64,000 nt of DNA from Acidimicrobiia bacterium (GCA_031362155.1 JANLRZ010000180.1:31023-95022); one strand, 5' to 3'. Counted from the stretch's first letter, positions 16,823-27,328 are shown. Made by a program: numbers and translations. The notes: generated by a model from the sequence alone, not told the origin.

Positions 16823-19420
16823 ATGAAACGAGTGTCGCGTCACGGCATGTTCATCGTCGTGCTCATCGCGGTCGGGCTCGTTGCGGCCGCCTGTAAGCCC
16901 GTGGCCATCCGCCCGTGGGCGGCCGGCACCGATCGGGCGCGATACATCCTCCCGCCGGGCAACTATGGCGGGCTCCCGACGAACGCCAACTCGCTCGATC
17001 AGCTTCCGTTGTACGACGGCCTGACACCGCTGCGCGGCAACGTCACCGATGACGACATCGACCGCTACTTCCTGCCCGAGGACTTCCAGCCCATTGGGGC
17101 GACGCGTGAAGAGCCCACGGGCCGGCCCGGCACGACCGTTGCCTACGACGCCTACGGCGTCGCGCACGTCACCGGCCGGACGCGAGCTGATCTCGCCTTC
17201 GGTGCCGGTTGGGTGACCGCGCGCGACCGGACCCTGCTGCTCCAGCTCGGTCGCGGACCGGCTCGCGCCGCAGTTGCGGATATTCCGGGTATCAACGCGT
17301 TCGCGTTGGTCACGAGTGGGCAGTCCTTCGTTCCCAGCGCCGCGACGGAACAACTCGTCACCGATCAAATCCAGCTGATCATCGACACCTACGGAGACAA
17401 GGGGCGCGAGCTGATCGCCGATCTCCAGGCCGAGGCCGACGGCATGACCGCGTACTTCCAGGCGAGTGGGAACAACCAACCGCCGGCGACGGTCAACGAC
17501 GTGATCGCGACCACGGCATTCATCGGTTCGATCTTCGGTGCCGGCGGCGGCGCCGAGGCATCGAACGCCGACTATCTGTCGACGCTCCAGAACAAACTCG
17601 GTGCCGATGTCGGTCGCAAGGCTTGGGAAGACTCGATGTTGTTCGACGACCCCGAGGCACCGACCACCATCACCGATCGGTTCGACTATCCGATCCTGAC
17701 CGGTGGCGCGGTGACGGGTGCGGTCACCATCGACCAGGGCTCCATCGTGTCGCTCGATCCGCGCTCGCCGGAGAGCCTCGCCGCGCCTGCCGCACCCGGA
17801 CTGGCGGTCGCCGGCGCCGGATCGCTGGTTTCCCAGGGCAGCCTGCGGACGTCCGAACCGCCATCGGCCAGCGACCTGCCGACGTTCCCCGCCGCGGGGC
17901 CGGTCCCGTCGAAGCAGGCGTCGAACTTCCTCGTCGTCGACCCGAGCCGATCGCGGACGCGGAACTCACTCGCGGTCATGGGTCCGCAACTCGGCTACTA
18001 CTACCCGGAGATCGTGCAGCAGATCCACCTGACCGGTCCTGGCATCGAAGCGCAGGGGGTTGCCGTTCCGGGCATGGCGATGTACCTGCTCATCGGCCGG
18101 ACGCAGAACTACGCGTGGAGTCTCACGTCGGCCAACCACGACGTGCGCGACGTGTTCGCCGAGCAGCTGTGCAACCCGGACGGCACGGCGCCCACCCGCA
18201 CCTCGGATCACTATCTGTTCAATGGCGGGTGCCGGGCGTTCGAGACGTTCGACGCCGGCACCCTCAACGGCGTTCCGATCCGCTACCCGGTGTCGGTGCA
18301 CGGTCCGATGATCGGCACCGCGACCTCCCACGGCGCGCCGATTGCGCTCACCCGGAAGCGTTCGACCTTCGGCCGCGACGGTTTGAACCTCGGCGCGTTG
18401 AAGGACATGACCGAAGGCAAGGCTTCGACGCCGGAGAAGTTCTGGTCGGTCGCGAACCAGTTCGGGTTCACGTTCAACTGGGCCTACGTCTCACGGGAGG
18501 CGACTGCCTTCTTCACGTCCGGCCTCCTGCCGAAGCGGGCCGCCGGTCTCGATCGGCGGCTGCCGACCTCGGGTTCCGGGCAGTACGAATGGCAGGGGTA
18601 CCTGAGCGAACGGGAGCACCCTCACTCCGTGAGCGGTCCGGGCGGGCTGTTGCTGAACTGGAACAACCAGTCCGCGCCCGGCTTCATGCACGGTGACGAC
18701 AACCCCTACGGATCGGTGCACCGCGTCGAAGTCTTCGATCAGTTCCCGCGCAAAGTCACGCTCGCGAACAACGTGAGTGTGATGAACCGCGCGGCAACCG
18801 AGGACGTCCGTTCGCCGGTGTGGCCGGTCATCTCGCGGGTGCTCCACGGTGGCCCGGCACCGAGCCCGCTCGCGGCGCAGATGGTGTCGCTCCTCGACGA
18901 CTGGGCGCAACGCGATGCGCCGGTGCTCGATGCCGACAACAGCGGCCTGTACGACGAGGCCGGACCGACACTGATGGACGCCGTGTGGACTCCGATCGCC
19001 CGCGCGGTGGTGCAACCGGTGTTCGGCGCCGCCACCGACGACTTGAACCGAGCGCGGAGTCTCGGCGGGCTGTCGGGTGAGTCGATTGTCGACAAGGACC
19101 TCCGCACGGTGCTCGGCGACACCGTCGCGGGCCCGTTCCAGCTCCGCTACTGCGGCAACGGGTCACTCGACGCGTGCCGCGCGTCCCTGTGGGCCGCGGT
19201 CGAACAGGCTGGCGCAGCGCTGGTGGCGAGCCAAGGTCCCGATGCCGCCGCCTGGCGCAGCAGTGCTCGCCGGCTGACGTTCACCCCGGGTCTGATTCCC
19301 GACACGTTCCGGGCGACGAACCGGCCCACCTTTCAGCAGGTCATCGAGTTCCTCGGTCGCCGTGGGGGCTGTGGCGGCCACCACGGCGAATCGTCGGACC
19401 GCGGTGGTCGCCAGTGTTGA
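16823..19420 (+). CDS. Penicillin acylase family Ntn-hydrolase, lipoprotein
   Basis: Lipobox AAAC, YDAYGVAHV, FGAGW..ARDR, beta-chain start SNFLVV, GPQLG, NWNN. Confidence 0.85.
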   Translation: MKRVSRHGMFIVVLIAVGLVAAACKPVAIRPWAAGTDRARYILPPGNYGGLPTNANSLDQLPLYDGLTPLRGNVTDDDIDRYFLPEDFQPIGATREEPTGRPGTTVAYDAYGVAHVTGRTRADLAFGAGWVTARDRTLLLQLGRGPARAAVADIPGINAFALVTSGQSFVPSAATEQLVTDQIQLIIDTYGDKGRELIADLQAEADGMTAYFQASGNNQPPATVNDVIATTAFIGSIFGAGGGAEASNADYLSTLQNKLGADVGRKAWEDSMLFDDPEAPTTITDRFDYPILTGGAVTGAVTIDQGSIVSLDPRSPESLAAPAAPGLAVAGAGSLVSQGSLRTSEPPSASDLPTFPAAGPVPSKQASNFLVVDPSRSRTRNSLAVMGPQLGYYYPEIVQQIHLTGPGIEAQGVAVPGMAMYLLIGRTQNYAWSLTSANHDVRDVFAEQLCNPDGTAPTRTSDHYLFNGGCRAFETFDAGTLNGVPIRYPVSVHGPMIGTATSHGAPIALTRKRSTFGRDGLNLGALKDMTEGKASTPEKFWSVANQFGFTFNWAYVSREATAFFTSGLLPKRAAGLDRRLPTSGSGQYEWQGYLSEREHPHSVSGPGGLLLNWNNQSAPGFMHGDDNPYGSVHRVEVFDQFPRKVTLANNVSVMNRAATEDVRSPVWPVISRVLHGGPAPSPLAAQMVSLLDDWAQRDAPVLDADNSGLYDEAGPTLMDAVWTPIARAVVQPVFGAATDDLNRARSLGGLSGESIVDKDLRTVLGDTVAGPFQLRYCGNGSLDACRASLWAAVEQAGAALVASQGPDAAAWRSSARRLTFTPGLIPDTFRATNRPTFQQVIEFLGRRGGCGGHHGESSDRGGRQC

Positions 19421-20611
19421 TCAACCGACGCCGTTGCGCATGACATCCTGGAATGCGGCGTAGGCCGGCTTCGCGGCGCGGTCACGATGTTGGAGACCGA
19501 GGTTCTCCCACTTGGCGCCCGGGTTGGTCCCCGAGTTGCGCAGCTGCATCCAGACCATCGGCCCGGTGATTGACCGGAAGGTCGTGTTCCAGCCGAGGTA
19601 GTAGTCGCGTACCCATTGCGCCTGCTGGGCCTCAGTCAACGTGCCTCCCGCGGTGCCGGTCGCGGCACCCATCTCGGTGCCCCAGACCTTCTTGTTCCCG
19701 TCGCCGTTGGCTGCCATCACATCGTGCAGCGTCTGGGTCTGGGTGAATGCATTCCAGGAGTGGGCGTCGAGTGGGTTCACCGGGAACGAGTACGGGTGAT
19801 GGCCGACGGCGTCGAACTGTCCGCCTCCGCCGCGGGCGTAGATCCCGCGAAGCCACGTCTCGGGTTGGTAGTCGGTGCCGTCGGCCGCGTCCGGTGCCGG
19901 CGCGGTCCCGCCGGTGATGACGACTGCGTTCGGATCCGACAACTTCACGTTGCGGTACGCCGAAGTGAGGAGCGCGGTGTAGTCGTCCAGGTTCGGTTTC
20001 GGCTGGGCGAACTCCTGGTGGTTCGGCTCGTTCCAGATTTGCCAGTGCGTGATCGAACCGCGTAGCCACGGATTGGTCGATTGCGTGCCGTACCGGGCGG
20101 CCGCGGCGGCCATGAACCGGCCGAAGTCGGCCGCGTTCGCGGGGAGACAGTGCGAGTTGCCGGCTGGGCAATTCGCGCGCCGAGCCCACGGCGGGCTGTA
20201 GGCCGCGACCCCGATGATCGACAAGCCGTGGGCGCGGGCGTTGTTGACGGCGCGATCCATCGCGCGATCCCAGCGGTAGCTCGACGGCCCGTCACCCTGA
20301 ATGCTGTTCCAGTCGACGTCCAAGGTCACCCACGTCGCACCGGACGCCTTGATGGCCTGAAAGTCGGCAGTTTGGTCGGCGTCGGACTCCCAGAGGATGT
20401 CGACACCCGGAGCGAGCCCGGCTCGTCCGGCGACCTCGGCACCGCTGATGTGGTTCCCACTCGTGGTCTCGTTCGTGAGCGGTCCTCGACACCCGGTGGC
20501 GACGACCAAGACGCCCAGTGCCATGACCATGGCCATGGCCCGGTGGCGGGCGGGTCGTGAACGGTCGGTGCGATGGGCAACGCGAGGTACGGACAGCGGG
20601 GTTCGGTTCAT
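19421..20611 (-). CDS. Clan GH-A glycoside hydrolase (GH5/GH39-like), probable lipoprotein
   Basis: WQIWNEPN acid/base, GHHPY, WGTEMG nucleophile, lipobox-like VATGC; start chosen. Confidence 0.85.
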   Translation of the reverse strand: MNRTPLSVPRVAHRTDRSRPARHRAMAMVMALGVLVVATGCRGPLTNETTSGNHISGAEVAGRAGLAPGVDILWESDADQTADFQAIKASGATWVTLDVDWNSIQGDGPSSYRWDRAMDRAVNNARAHGLSIIGVAAYSPPWARRANCPAGNSHCLPANAADFGRFMAAAAARYGTQSTNPWLRGSITHWQIWNEPNHQEFAQPKPNLDDYTALLTSAYRNVKLSDPNAVVITGGTAPAPDAADGTDYQPETWLRGIYARGGGGQFDAVGHHPYSFPVNPLDAHSWNAFTQTQTLHDVMAANGDGNKKVWGTEMGAATGTAGGTLTEAQQAQWVRDYYLGWNTTFRSITGPMVWMQLRNSGTNPGAKWENLGLQHRDRAAKPAYAAFQDVMRNGVG

Positions 20612-20806
20612 CACGGACTCCTGGGCGACGGCATTCCGGACGAACCAAGCCCCACCGAACGCGCGTGGCGCGCTCGGTGCTCCGTCCTGCAATTGGTATC
20701 GGCAGGTCGCGCCGTGGATCTGGAAAATTGGCCCCTGACCAGGGGCGGAACCCAATCAGGCGATGCAGAATCGTCACCCGCGAGGTGGTGCGGTCAAGAT
20801 TGGGAC

Positions 20807-21247
20807 ATGTACGCAAACATCGTCGTCGGCACCGACGGCTCCGAGACGGCAGGGGTTGCCGTCGGTGAGGCCGCCCAGCTGGCTCACGCGCTCGGAGCCA
20901 CGCTCCACATTGTCCACGTGTATCACCCACTCAACAAACTCGGGGTCGCGTTCGGTGCACTGCCGATCGATGTCGATGAAGTAGCAGCGAGCCTGGTCGC
21001 GGCCGCCGAATCGGTGTGCGAGGGCGCCGCCCAACCGGCGCGGGCGCTCGGGGTCACCTGCCAGACCCATACGGTCGCGGGCGAGCCGAGCGACGTGCTG
21101 GTCGGCGTGGCGGCCGACCTCGACGCCGATCTGCTCGTGGTCGGGAATCACGGCATGACCGGGATCCGACGAGTGCTCGGCAGCGTGCCGAACAAGATCG
21201 CTCACCACGCGCCGTGCAGCGTCCTCATCGTGGACACGGCGACGTAG
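20807..21247 (+). CDS. Universal stress protein
   Basis: IVVGTDGSETA, DLLVVGNHG..RVLGSVPNKIAHHAPCSVLIV. Confidence 0.95.
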   Translation: MYANIVVGTDGSETAGVAVGEAAQLAHALGATLHIVHVYHPLNKLGVAFGALPIDVDEVAASLVAAAESVCEGAAQPARALGVTCQTHTVAGEPSDVLVGVAADLDADLLVVGNHGMTGIRRVLGSVPNKIAHHAPCSVLIVDTAT

Positions 21248-21259
21248 AACGCCGGGTGG

Positions 21260-24200
21260 CTACGGGCGATATTCGAATGCGCCGCGATCGGCGTAGGTGA
21301 TGGTCCCGGCGCCGGTGTTCGGCGCGGCATCGTCGTAGCGGCCGAGACCATCGGCATCGAGTAGCGGCTGGCCCGGTGCCGCGGTGTTGGCGGAGTCGAT
21401 GGCGGGCGATCCGCTGAGTAGCCGGAAGCTCGCGGCCAGCGGGTTGACGAACTGGGGGTTGGCTTCGATGCCGCGTGATTCCTGACCCGTCGCCGCGCGG
21501 AAGGTGGCCAGCGACCCGTACTTCACACCACCCCAATCGATCACGGTGCCGGGGACCCGCAGGAAGACGAGGTCGTCGTTCACTGTGGAAGTCGGGGCCG
21601 AGGCGCTGTCGGCCCGGATGTTGCCCGAGGTGCGCAGACTGCCAATGCCGTTGTCGACGCTGATGTTGTTGGCCAGCACGGTGCCGGTGGACGTGGTCAT
21701 CTCGATCCCGGAGTCGTAGTTGTTGTACACGGTGTTGGCGATGACACGCGCGTCCATCGCGTTGTGGACATCGATCCCGTGGTCGCCGTTGGCATAGCTC
21801 ACGTTGTTTGCCGCGAGGTTGCTGCCTTGGGTCGATCCGGTCCAGAGGTTGATGCCCGAATCTTCGTTGTCGTGCACCACATTGGCGGTCACCGTGTTGC
21901 CGGTGCTGTTGCGGAGGTCGATGCCGGCCGCGGCGCGTGAGTATCCGCGAGCGTTGGCGAACGATTCGTTGCGGGTGATCACGTTGTTGTTCGCATCGGT
22001 CGTCACGAGGATGCCCGCGTCGGTGTTGTGATCGGTGATGTTGTTGGCAACGAGAGAGTTGGTGGTGCCGCTCAGCTTGATGCCGACCGCGATCGATCCG
22101 CTCACCGGGAGCCCGGAATGGGTCACGCGGTTCCCGTCGATGGTGACGTTGGTTCCGCCGGTGATCACGATCCCCGGGTTCTTGGTGCCGTCGACGGTGA
22201 ATCCCCGGATGACAATCCAACTCTTGTTGGTGGCGACGAATCCGTTGGCTCCGCCGAAGACCGTGACCGTGGCACCCGGCGCTGGGGTCAAAGTGATGGG
22301 GGCCACGGCAGTACCACTCGCACCGATCGTGACCTTCTCCGCATAAGTACCCGCCGCGACCTGCACGGTGACCCCGGGGACGACCTTGCCCGCCGCTCCG
22401 TTGATCGTGCAGTAGGGAGTGGCGGCGGAACCCGCGCCGGTGCCGGTGGTCTTGCATGCCGGGTTCGCCTGATCCACGAAGAGGAGTCCGGTGGCGATGG
22501 TTTCAGTGACCGCGGGACTCGTACTCGACGCGAAGGTCGGGCTTCCGGAGTAGGTCGCGATGATCGAATGCGGTCCGAACTCGAGCGCCGTGGTCGTCAG
22601 GCTGGCCTGTCCGGCGACCAGAGCGTTGGTCCCGAGTGAGGTAGAGCCGTCGGTGAAGGTGACGGTCCCGGTTGGCACGCCGAGCGCGGAGGTGACCGAC
22701 GCGGTAAGCGTCACGGGTTGGCCGATCGCCGCGAGGGTGGGGCTCCCGACGAGGGCGGTCGCCGACGGTGCGAGGGTGATGGTCTGCCCGACGGCGGCGC
22801 TGACGCTGGGGAGGTAGCGACTGTTTCCGTCGTACCCCGCCGAAATGGTGTGGGCGCCGGCGGTGGCGAAGTTCACGGCCAGGCTGGCCTGGCCGTCGAC
22901 GAGCGCACTCGTGCCGAGCTCGGTCGGACCGTCGCGGAAGGTCACCGTGCCCGTCGGGGTGCCTGCGTTCGAGGTGACGGTCGCCGTGAGCGCCACGGGG
23001 TCGGTCGCAATCGCCGGATTGGGTGTCACAGTCAGGTCGGTGGTGCTGGCTGCCCGATCGATGGTCACGCCGAGGCCGGGACTCGCGCTCTGCGCGAACG
23101 AGGCGTCACCGGCATAGGTGGCGGTCACGTTGAACGTTCCCGGTTCGAGCCCGGACGCCGTGAGGGTGGCTTGACCGTCGACCAGATCGACCGTGCCGAA
23201 CACCGTCGGTCCCGACGCGAAGGTCACCGTGCCCGATGGAGCGCCTCCGACTCCGGTGACGTTCGCGGAGAAGATCACCGGTGTTCCGTACGGTGCGGGA
23301 TTGGGACTGGCCGTCATCGTGGTGGTGGTCGGGTTCGACGCGACGATGAACGCAACGGCCGCGCTGGTACTCGGGAGGAAGTTGGAGTCACCGGCCAACG
23401 ACGCAGTGATGGAGTGCGGGCCCAGGCCCAGCGTGCTCACGGTGAACTCGGCAGTGCCGTTCTGTATCGCCGCGGTGCCGATCGCGGTGGTGCCGTCGAA
23501 CAGGACGACGCTGCCGGTCGGTCCCGGGTTGACCGGCGTCACGGTGGCGGTGAACACCACGGGGTCACCGAAGGCGCTGGCCGTTGGGCTCGCGCTGAGC
23601 GCGAGTGCCGTTGACGCACGGTCGACCGAGTGAGTGAGGGTTGGGCTGGTGCTCGGGCTGAACGCGCCGTCGCCGGCGTAGGTCGCCGTCAGCGCGTGGT
23701 CACCGGTCGGAAGCGCGGCAGTCGTGAGGGAGGCCTGGCCATCGACCAACGTTTCGGTACTGATCGAGGTCGGGCCTTCGGCGAAGGTGACGGACCCGGT
23801 TGGTGTCCCACTGACCGAACTGACGGTCGCGGTGAACGTCACGGCGGCTCCGAAGGCGGATGGGCTGACGTTGGCGGCGAGCACGGTCGCCGTGCCGGCC
23901 GTGACGGTATGGGCGACCGGGGAACTCGAACTGGCAGCTGATGTGTCGTCGCCGGCGTAGTTCGCCGTGAGGCTGTGAGCACCGGCGGGCAGAGTGGCCG
24001 TGGTCAAAACTGCTTGACCGGCGGCGAGCGGAGCGACGCCGACGGTGATCGCGCCGTCGGTGAAGGTGACGGTCCCAGTCGGAGTACCCGTCGCCGAGAC
24101 CACGGTGGCGGTGAAGGTGACCGAGTCGCCGACGAACGTTGTCGGGGACGACGCGACCACGGTCGTGGTTGTGGGCGCGGGCGCGACCGTGTGGCCGATC

Positions 24201-25150
24201 GAGGTGCCACTCGGCTGGGTGACGCTGTTTCCTGCGAACGAGGCTCCAACCGAGTGGGTGCCGACGGCGAGCCCGGCGGTCGAGAAGGTCGCGGACCCGT
24301 TCGACACGGACGCGACGCCGAGCGTGGTCGGTCCGTCGGTGAAGGTCACGGTTCCCAATGGTGAGCCGGTCGCACTGGCGACGGTCGCGGTGAACGTCAC
24401 GCTGGTGCCGAAGATCGTGGAGTTCGAACTCGAACTCAAGGTCGTCGTGCTCAACGCAGGATTGACGACCTCGGACAACGGTGAGCTGGTGCTCCCCAGA
24501 TAGCTCGCGCTCCCTGCGAAGACGGCGGTCATCGTGTGCGTACCGATCGTCGGGGTCACCGCCAACGTGGCGACGCCCGCCGCGGGAGTACGAGACGCGA
24601 GCAACGTCGCCCCGTCGTAGAACTTCAGTGACCCCGACGACGGCGCGCCGGTGCCCGGCAGACTCGCCGCGACGGTCGCGGTCAGCGTGATCGGACTGCC
24701 GAGGTTCGCCGGGTTCGCGCTCGACGTGACCGTGGTGGTCGTCGGCGTCGGGTTGATCACGAGGTTGAAGGGACTGCTGGAGCTGATCGCGTACGTGGCA
24801 TCGCCGGTGTACGTGCCGCTGATCGACTTGGTGCCGACCGAGTAGGTGGTCGTATAGCTCACCACGCCGCCGACGAGCTTCTTGGTGGCGAGTCCGGTCG
24901 TGCCATTGAAGAACGTGACGTTCCCGGAAGGTGTCGGTCCTCCCGGCGTGCTTGGCGCCACGGTGGCCGTCAGGGTGACGGACTGGCCGTAGACCGCCGG
25001 GTTCGCACTGGCAGTCACGGTGATCGTGGCGGGTGTGATGCCCACGGCGCGCGCCGATCGGGTGCCGGCAGCGCTGAGTATCAACGCGAGGAATCCGAAG
25101 ACCAACGCGCCGATGAGCCACCCGGCCCGGCCACACCGTGCAGTGTTCAT
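21260..25150 (-). CDS. Large secreted protein: 9 Ig-like (Big_3-type) repeats plus C-terminal right-handed beta-helix
   Basis: Signal peptide; nine ~90-aa repeats (T-x-T-x-T-A-T-V...P.G.VTF.DG...G.H.ITA.Y.GD); N-rich PbH1 repeats; C-terminal DRGAFEY. Confidence 0.88.
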   Translation of the reverse strand: MNTARCGRAGWLIGALVFGFLALILSAAGTRSARAVGITPATITVTASANPAVYGQSVTLTATVAPSTPGGPTPSGNVTFFNGTTGLATKKLVGGVVSYTTTYSVGTKSISGTYTGDATYAISSSSPFNLVINPTPTTTTVTSSANPANLGSPITLTATVAASLPGTGAPSSGSLKFYDGATLLASRTPAAGVATLAVTPTIGTHTMTAVFAGSASYLGSTSSPLSEVVNPALSTTTLSSSSNSTIFGTSVTFTATVASATGSPLGTVTFTDGPTTLGVASVSNGSATFSTAGLAVGTHSVGASFAGNSVTQPSGTSIGHTVAPAPTTTTVVASSPTTFVGDSVTFTATVVSATGTPTGTVTFTDGAITVGVAPLAAGQAVLTTATLPAGAHSLTANYAGDDTSAASSSSPVAHTVTAGTATVLAANVSPSAFGAAVTFTATVSSVSGTPTGSVTFAEGPTSISTETLVDGQASLTTAALPTGDHALTATYAGDGAFSPSTSPTLTHSVDRASTALALSASPTASAFGDPVVFTATVTPVNPGPTGSVVLFDGTTAIGTAAIQNGTAEFTVSTLGLGPHSITASLAGDSNFLPSTSAAVAFIVASNPTTTTMTASPNPAPYGTPVIFSANVTGVGGAPSGTVTFASGPTVFGTVDLVDGQATLTASGLEPGTFNVTATYAGDASFAQSASPGLGVTIDRAASTTDLTVTPNPAIATDPVALTATVTSNAGTPTGTVTFRDGPTELGTSALVDGQASLAVNFATAGAHTISAGYDGNSRYLPSVSAAVGQTITLAPSATALVGSPTLAAIGQPVTLTASVTSALGVPTGTVTFTDGSTSLGTNALVAGQASLTTTALEFGPHSIIATYSGSPTFASSTSPAVTETIATGLLFVDQANPACKTTGTGAGSAATPYCTINGAAGKVVPGVTVQVAAGTYAEKVTIGASGTAVAPITLTPAPGATVTVFGGANGFVATNKSWIVIRGFTVDGTKNPGIVITGGTNVTIDGNRVTHSGLPVSGSIAVGIKLSGTTNSLVANNITDHNTDAGILVTTDANNNVITRNESFANARGYSRAAAGIDLRNSTGNTVTANVVHDNEDSGINLWTGSTQGSNLAANNVSYANGDHGIDVHNAMDARVIANTVYNNYDSGIEMTTSTGTVLANNISVDNGIGSLRTSGNIRADSASAPTSTVNDDLVFLRVPGTVIDWGGVKYGSLATFRAATGQESRGIEANPQFVNPLAASFRLLSGSPAIDSANTAAPGQPLLDADGLGRYDDAAPNTGAGTITYADRGAFEYRP

Positions 25151-25381
25151 GATGGAGCTACTCCGCCCATATCTTCCTTCACGCGAATATCGCGTTGATT
25201 CTGTCGGGTCGTCCGGGTATCGCGACGGCTTATTCCGACGTTTCTCGGGCAAGGTGCCCGAAATCTTGTACCGATCGGGGTATTCGTCGGAATTCGGAAG
25301 TTCTCACGTTGTGGATGGCCTCAGTCATAGGCTGGGTCGGTCGCTCGATCGGTCGGCCGACACGGAACGAGGGGAACTGTC

Positions 25382-26335
25382 GTGGCTCGAGGCCCGATCG
25401 GGGGACGGTCACGACGAGTCGGGGCGGGGATCTTCGCGATCGTGATCGCGATCCTGGCCGTTGCGACGCTGGTCGCCTGGGGAATGGTCGGCGACGATTC
25501 GTCGCCTCGTCGAGCGTCGGTGCCGACGACCGATTCGTCCCCACCGAAGGCGGATCCGGATTCGGTCACGGTGGCCGCGACGGGAGACCTGGGGAGCAGT
25601 GCCGCGGAGTTGGCACCGGTCGCCGAGCAGATCCAAGGGCTCACGCCGGAGTATGTGCTCGCGCTCGGTGACCTCGTCTACCCCGACGGGCAACCGTCCG
25701 GCTTCATGGGGTTCTTCGCCGAGACTTGGGGTCCCTTCTTGCAACGAGTCATCGCGGCGCCAGGGAATCACGACTACCACACCGCGGGCGCGCGTGGGTT
25801 CTACGACACCTTCCCGCAGGCCGAGTACTTCGCCCGCGACCTCCGCGCGAGCCGTTGGCGGGTATACGTCCTCAACTGTGAGGTCGACTGCGGTGCGGGT
25901 TCTGCGCAGTCGAGTTTCGTGACCGATGACATCGCCGAGAATCCGAGCCGGCATCGGTTCGCGATCGTGCACCGACCTCGCTTCACGTCGTCCAAGCACG
26001 GTGACAACGAGGACCTCGCCGAGATCTGGGACACCCTCGCGGCCCACGGTGGGGAGTTCATGCTCGCCGGGCACAACCACGTCTACGAACGGTTCCGCGC
26101 GATGTCGGGAACCGGGACGGTCGCGCCGAACGGGATGCGCCAGTTCGTGGTGGGCACTGGTGGGAACGAGTTGTACTCGTTCGGCGGGATGCATCGTGGC
26201 GAGGAGTTCCGCGACAACCAACACCACGGTGTTCTGTGGATGACCCTCGGCGCCGGGGACTACACCTGGAAATTCCTCGCGACCGACGACACGACTGTCG
26301 ACTCGGGTCGTCAGGTCACCAAGCCGTTGGGCTGA
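25382..26335 (+). CDS. Secreted/anchored calcineurin-like metallophosphoesterase
   Basis: ATGD, LGDLVY, PGNHDY, AGHNHVYER; N-terminal TM segment. Confidence 0.88.
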   Translation: MARGPIGGRSRRVGAGIFAIVIAILAVATLVAWGMVGDDSSPRRASVPTTDSSPPKADPDSVTVAATGDLGSSAAELAPVAEQIQGLTPEYVLALGDLVYPDGQPSGFMGFFAETWGPFLQRVIAAPGNHDYHTAGARGFYDTFPQAEYFARDLRASRWRVYVLNCEVDCGAGSAQSSFVTDDIAENPSRHRFAIVHRPRFTSSKHGDNEDLAEIWDTLAAHGGEFMLAGHNHVYERFRAMSGTGTVAPNGMRQFVVGTGGNELYSFGGMHRGEEFRDNQHHGVLWMTLGAGDYTWKFLATDDTTVDSGRQVTKPLG

Positions 26336-26347
26336 GCACCGACCGCG

Positions 26348-27328
26348 CTACCGCTTCGGGTGGGCGAGCAGGAACCCGAGCATCTGATCGGCGAAGTCGT
26401 CGGTCCATTGGGGGATGTGGACACCCCCGGGCTGGGTCCACAACTCGACGTGACCGGACCCCTTGCACCCCGTCGAACGCGCGAGCACCGTGGCCGGCGG
26501 AAGGTCCTTGACGATCGCGCGTGGTGCCGGCGTGTCGACCGCCGCCGCGCAGCCGTCGTACTTGGCCCAGGTCTTCACGGTCGTTGCTGCGCTCGGATAG
26601 TCGGCAATACCGGTGTTCCCGCCTTCGTACTTGATCGTGGTGTCGGCGGTGCCGTGGACTGCGAGTACGGCAACCGGCTCGGACGGCGAGCACTGACTCG
26701 GATCCAACCAGGTGGCGCCTTCGAGGCTGACGATCGCGGCGATCTCGTCGGCGCGATCGCAGGCCATCCGAAATGACATGAACGCACCGTTGCTGTGGCC
26801 GATGAGGAACACGCGCTTGGGGTCGACGGCGTGGCGCGACTTCACATCGGCGATGACCGCTTCGATGTAGGCACTGTCGTCGACCTTCGGGCTCCCGAAA
26901 TCACAACACGCATTGGTCGCGTTCCAGAACCGCTTGTCCATGCCGTTCTTGGTGCCATCGAGATGGACGTACAGCATGCCGGCCTTCTCGGCTGCGGGCG
27001 TGAGCTTGAGGTACGCGTCTTGCACCGCTCCGCTGGCTCCGTAGCCGTGCAACAGAACGAGCAGGGGTGCGGGTGTGGTGGGGCTGCTCGCGGTTGGAAC
27101 TTGGACCGTGAACGGCCGTTCGGCGACGAGCGCGGCTTGGGCAGCAGTCGGCGCGGGCGTGATGGTCGTCGTGGTGGTGGACGCAGTCCGGCTTGGCGCG
27201 GACGCCGTCGATGCCGCCGATCCGCTGCAGGCCGCCACGCCGACGGCGAGGGTGAATGCGCTGATGGCGACGCGTCGGCGGGCTCCACCGAAGCCGAGAC
27301 CGGTGCCGGACGGGAGGGTGGGGTTCAT
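26348..27328 (-). CDS. LpqC/PHB-depolymerase-like esterase, lipoprotein
   Basis: Lipobox VAAC, LLHGYG, WNATNACC, GHSNGAFM, HGTAD. Confidence 0.85.
   Translation of the reverse strand: MNPTLPSGTGLGFGGARRRVAISAFTLAVGVAACSGSAASTASAPSRTASTTTTTITPAPTAAQAALVAERPFTVQVPTASSPTTPAPLLVLLHGYGASGAVQDAYLKLTPAAEKAGMLYVHLDGTKNGMDKRFWNATNACCDFGSPKVDDSAYIEAVIADVKSRHAVDPKRVFLIGHSNGAFMSFRMACDRADEIAAIVSLEGATWLDPSQCSPSEPVAVLAVHGTADTTIKYEGGNTGIADYPSAATTVKTWAKYDGCAAAVDTPAPRAIVKDLPPATVLARSTGCKGSGHVELWTQPGGVHIPQWTDDFADQMLGFLLAHPKR

Noticed and set aside
19418-19423. Abutting convergent stop codons forming palindromes (TGATCA here; TAGCTA at 48188-48193)
   Set aside because: Explained by compact convergent gene packing; no evidence of recombination sites.
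20612-20806. Possible c-di-GMP or c-di-AMP riboswitch between the GH gene and the USP (short gcccct/aggggc hairpin)
   Set aside because: The conserved riboswitch core motifs were not found on either strand; an Infernal scan would be decisive.
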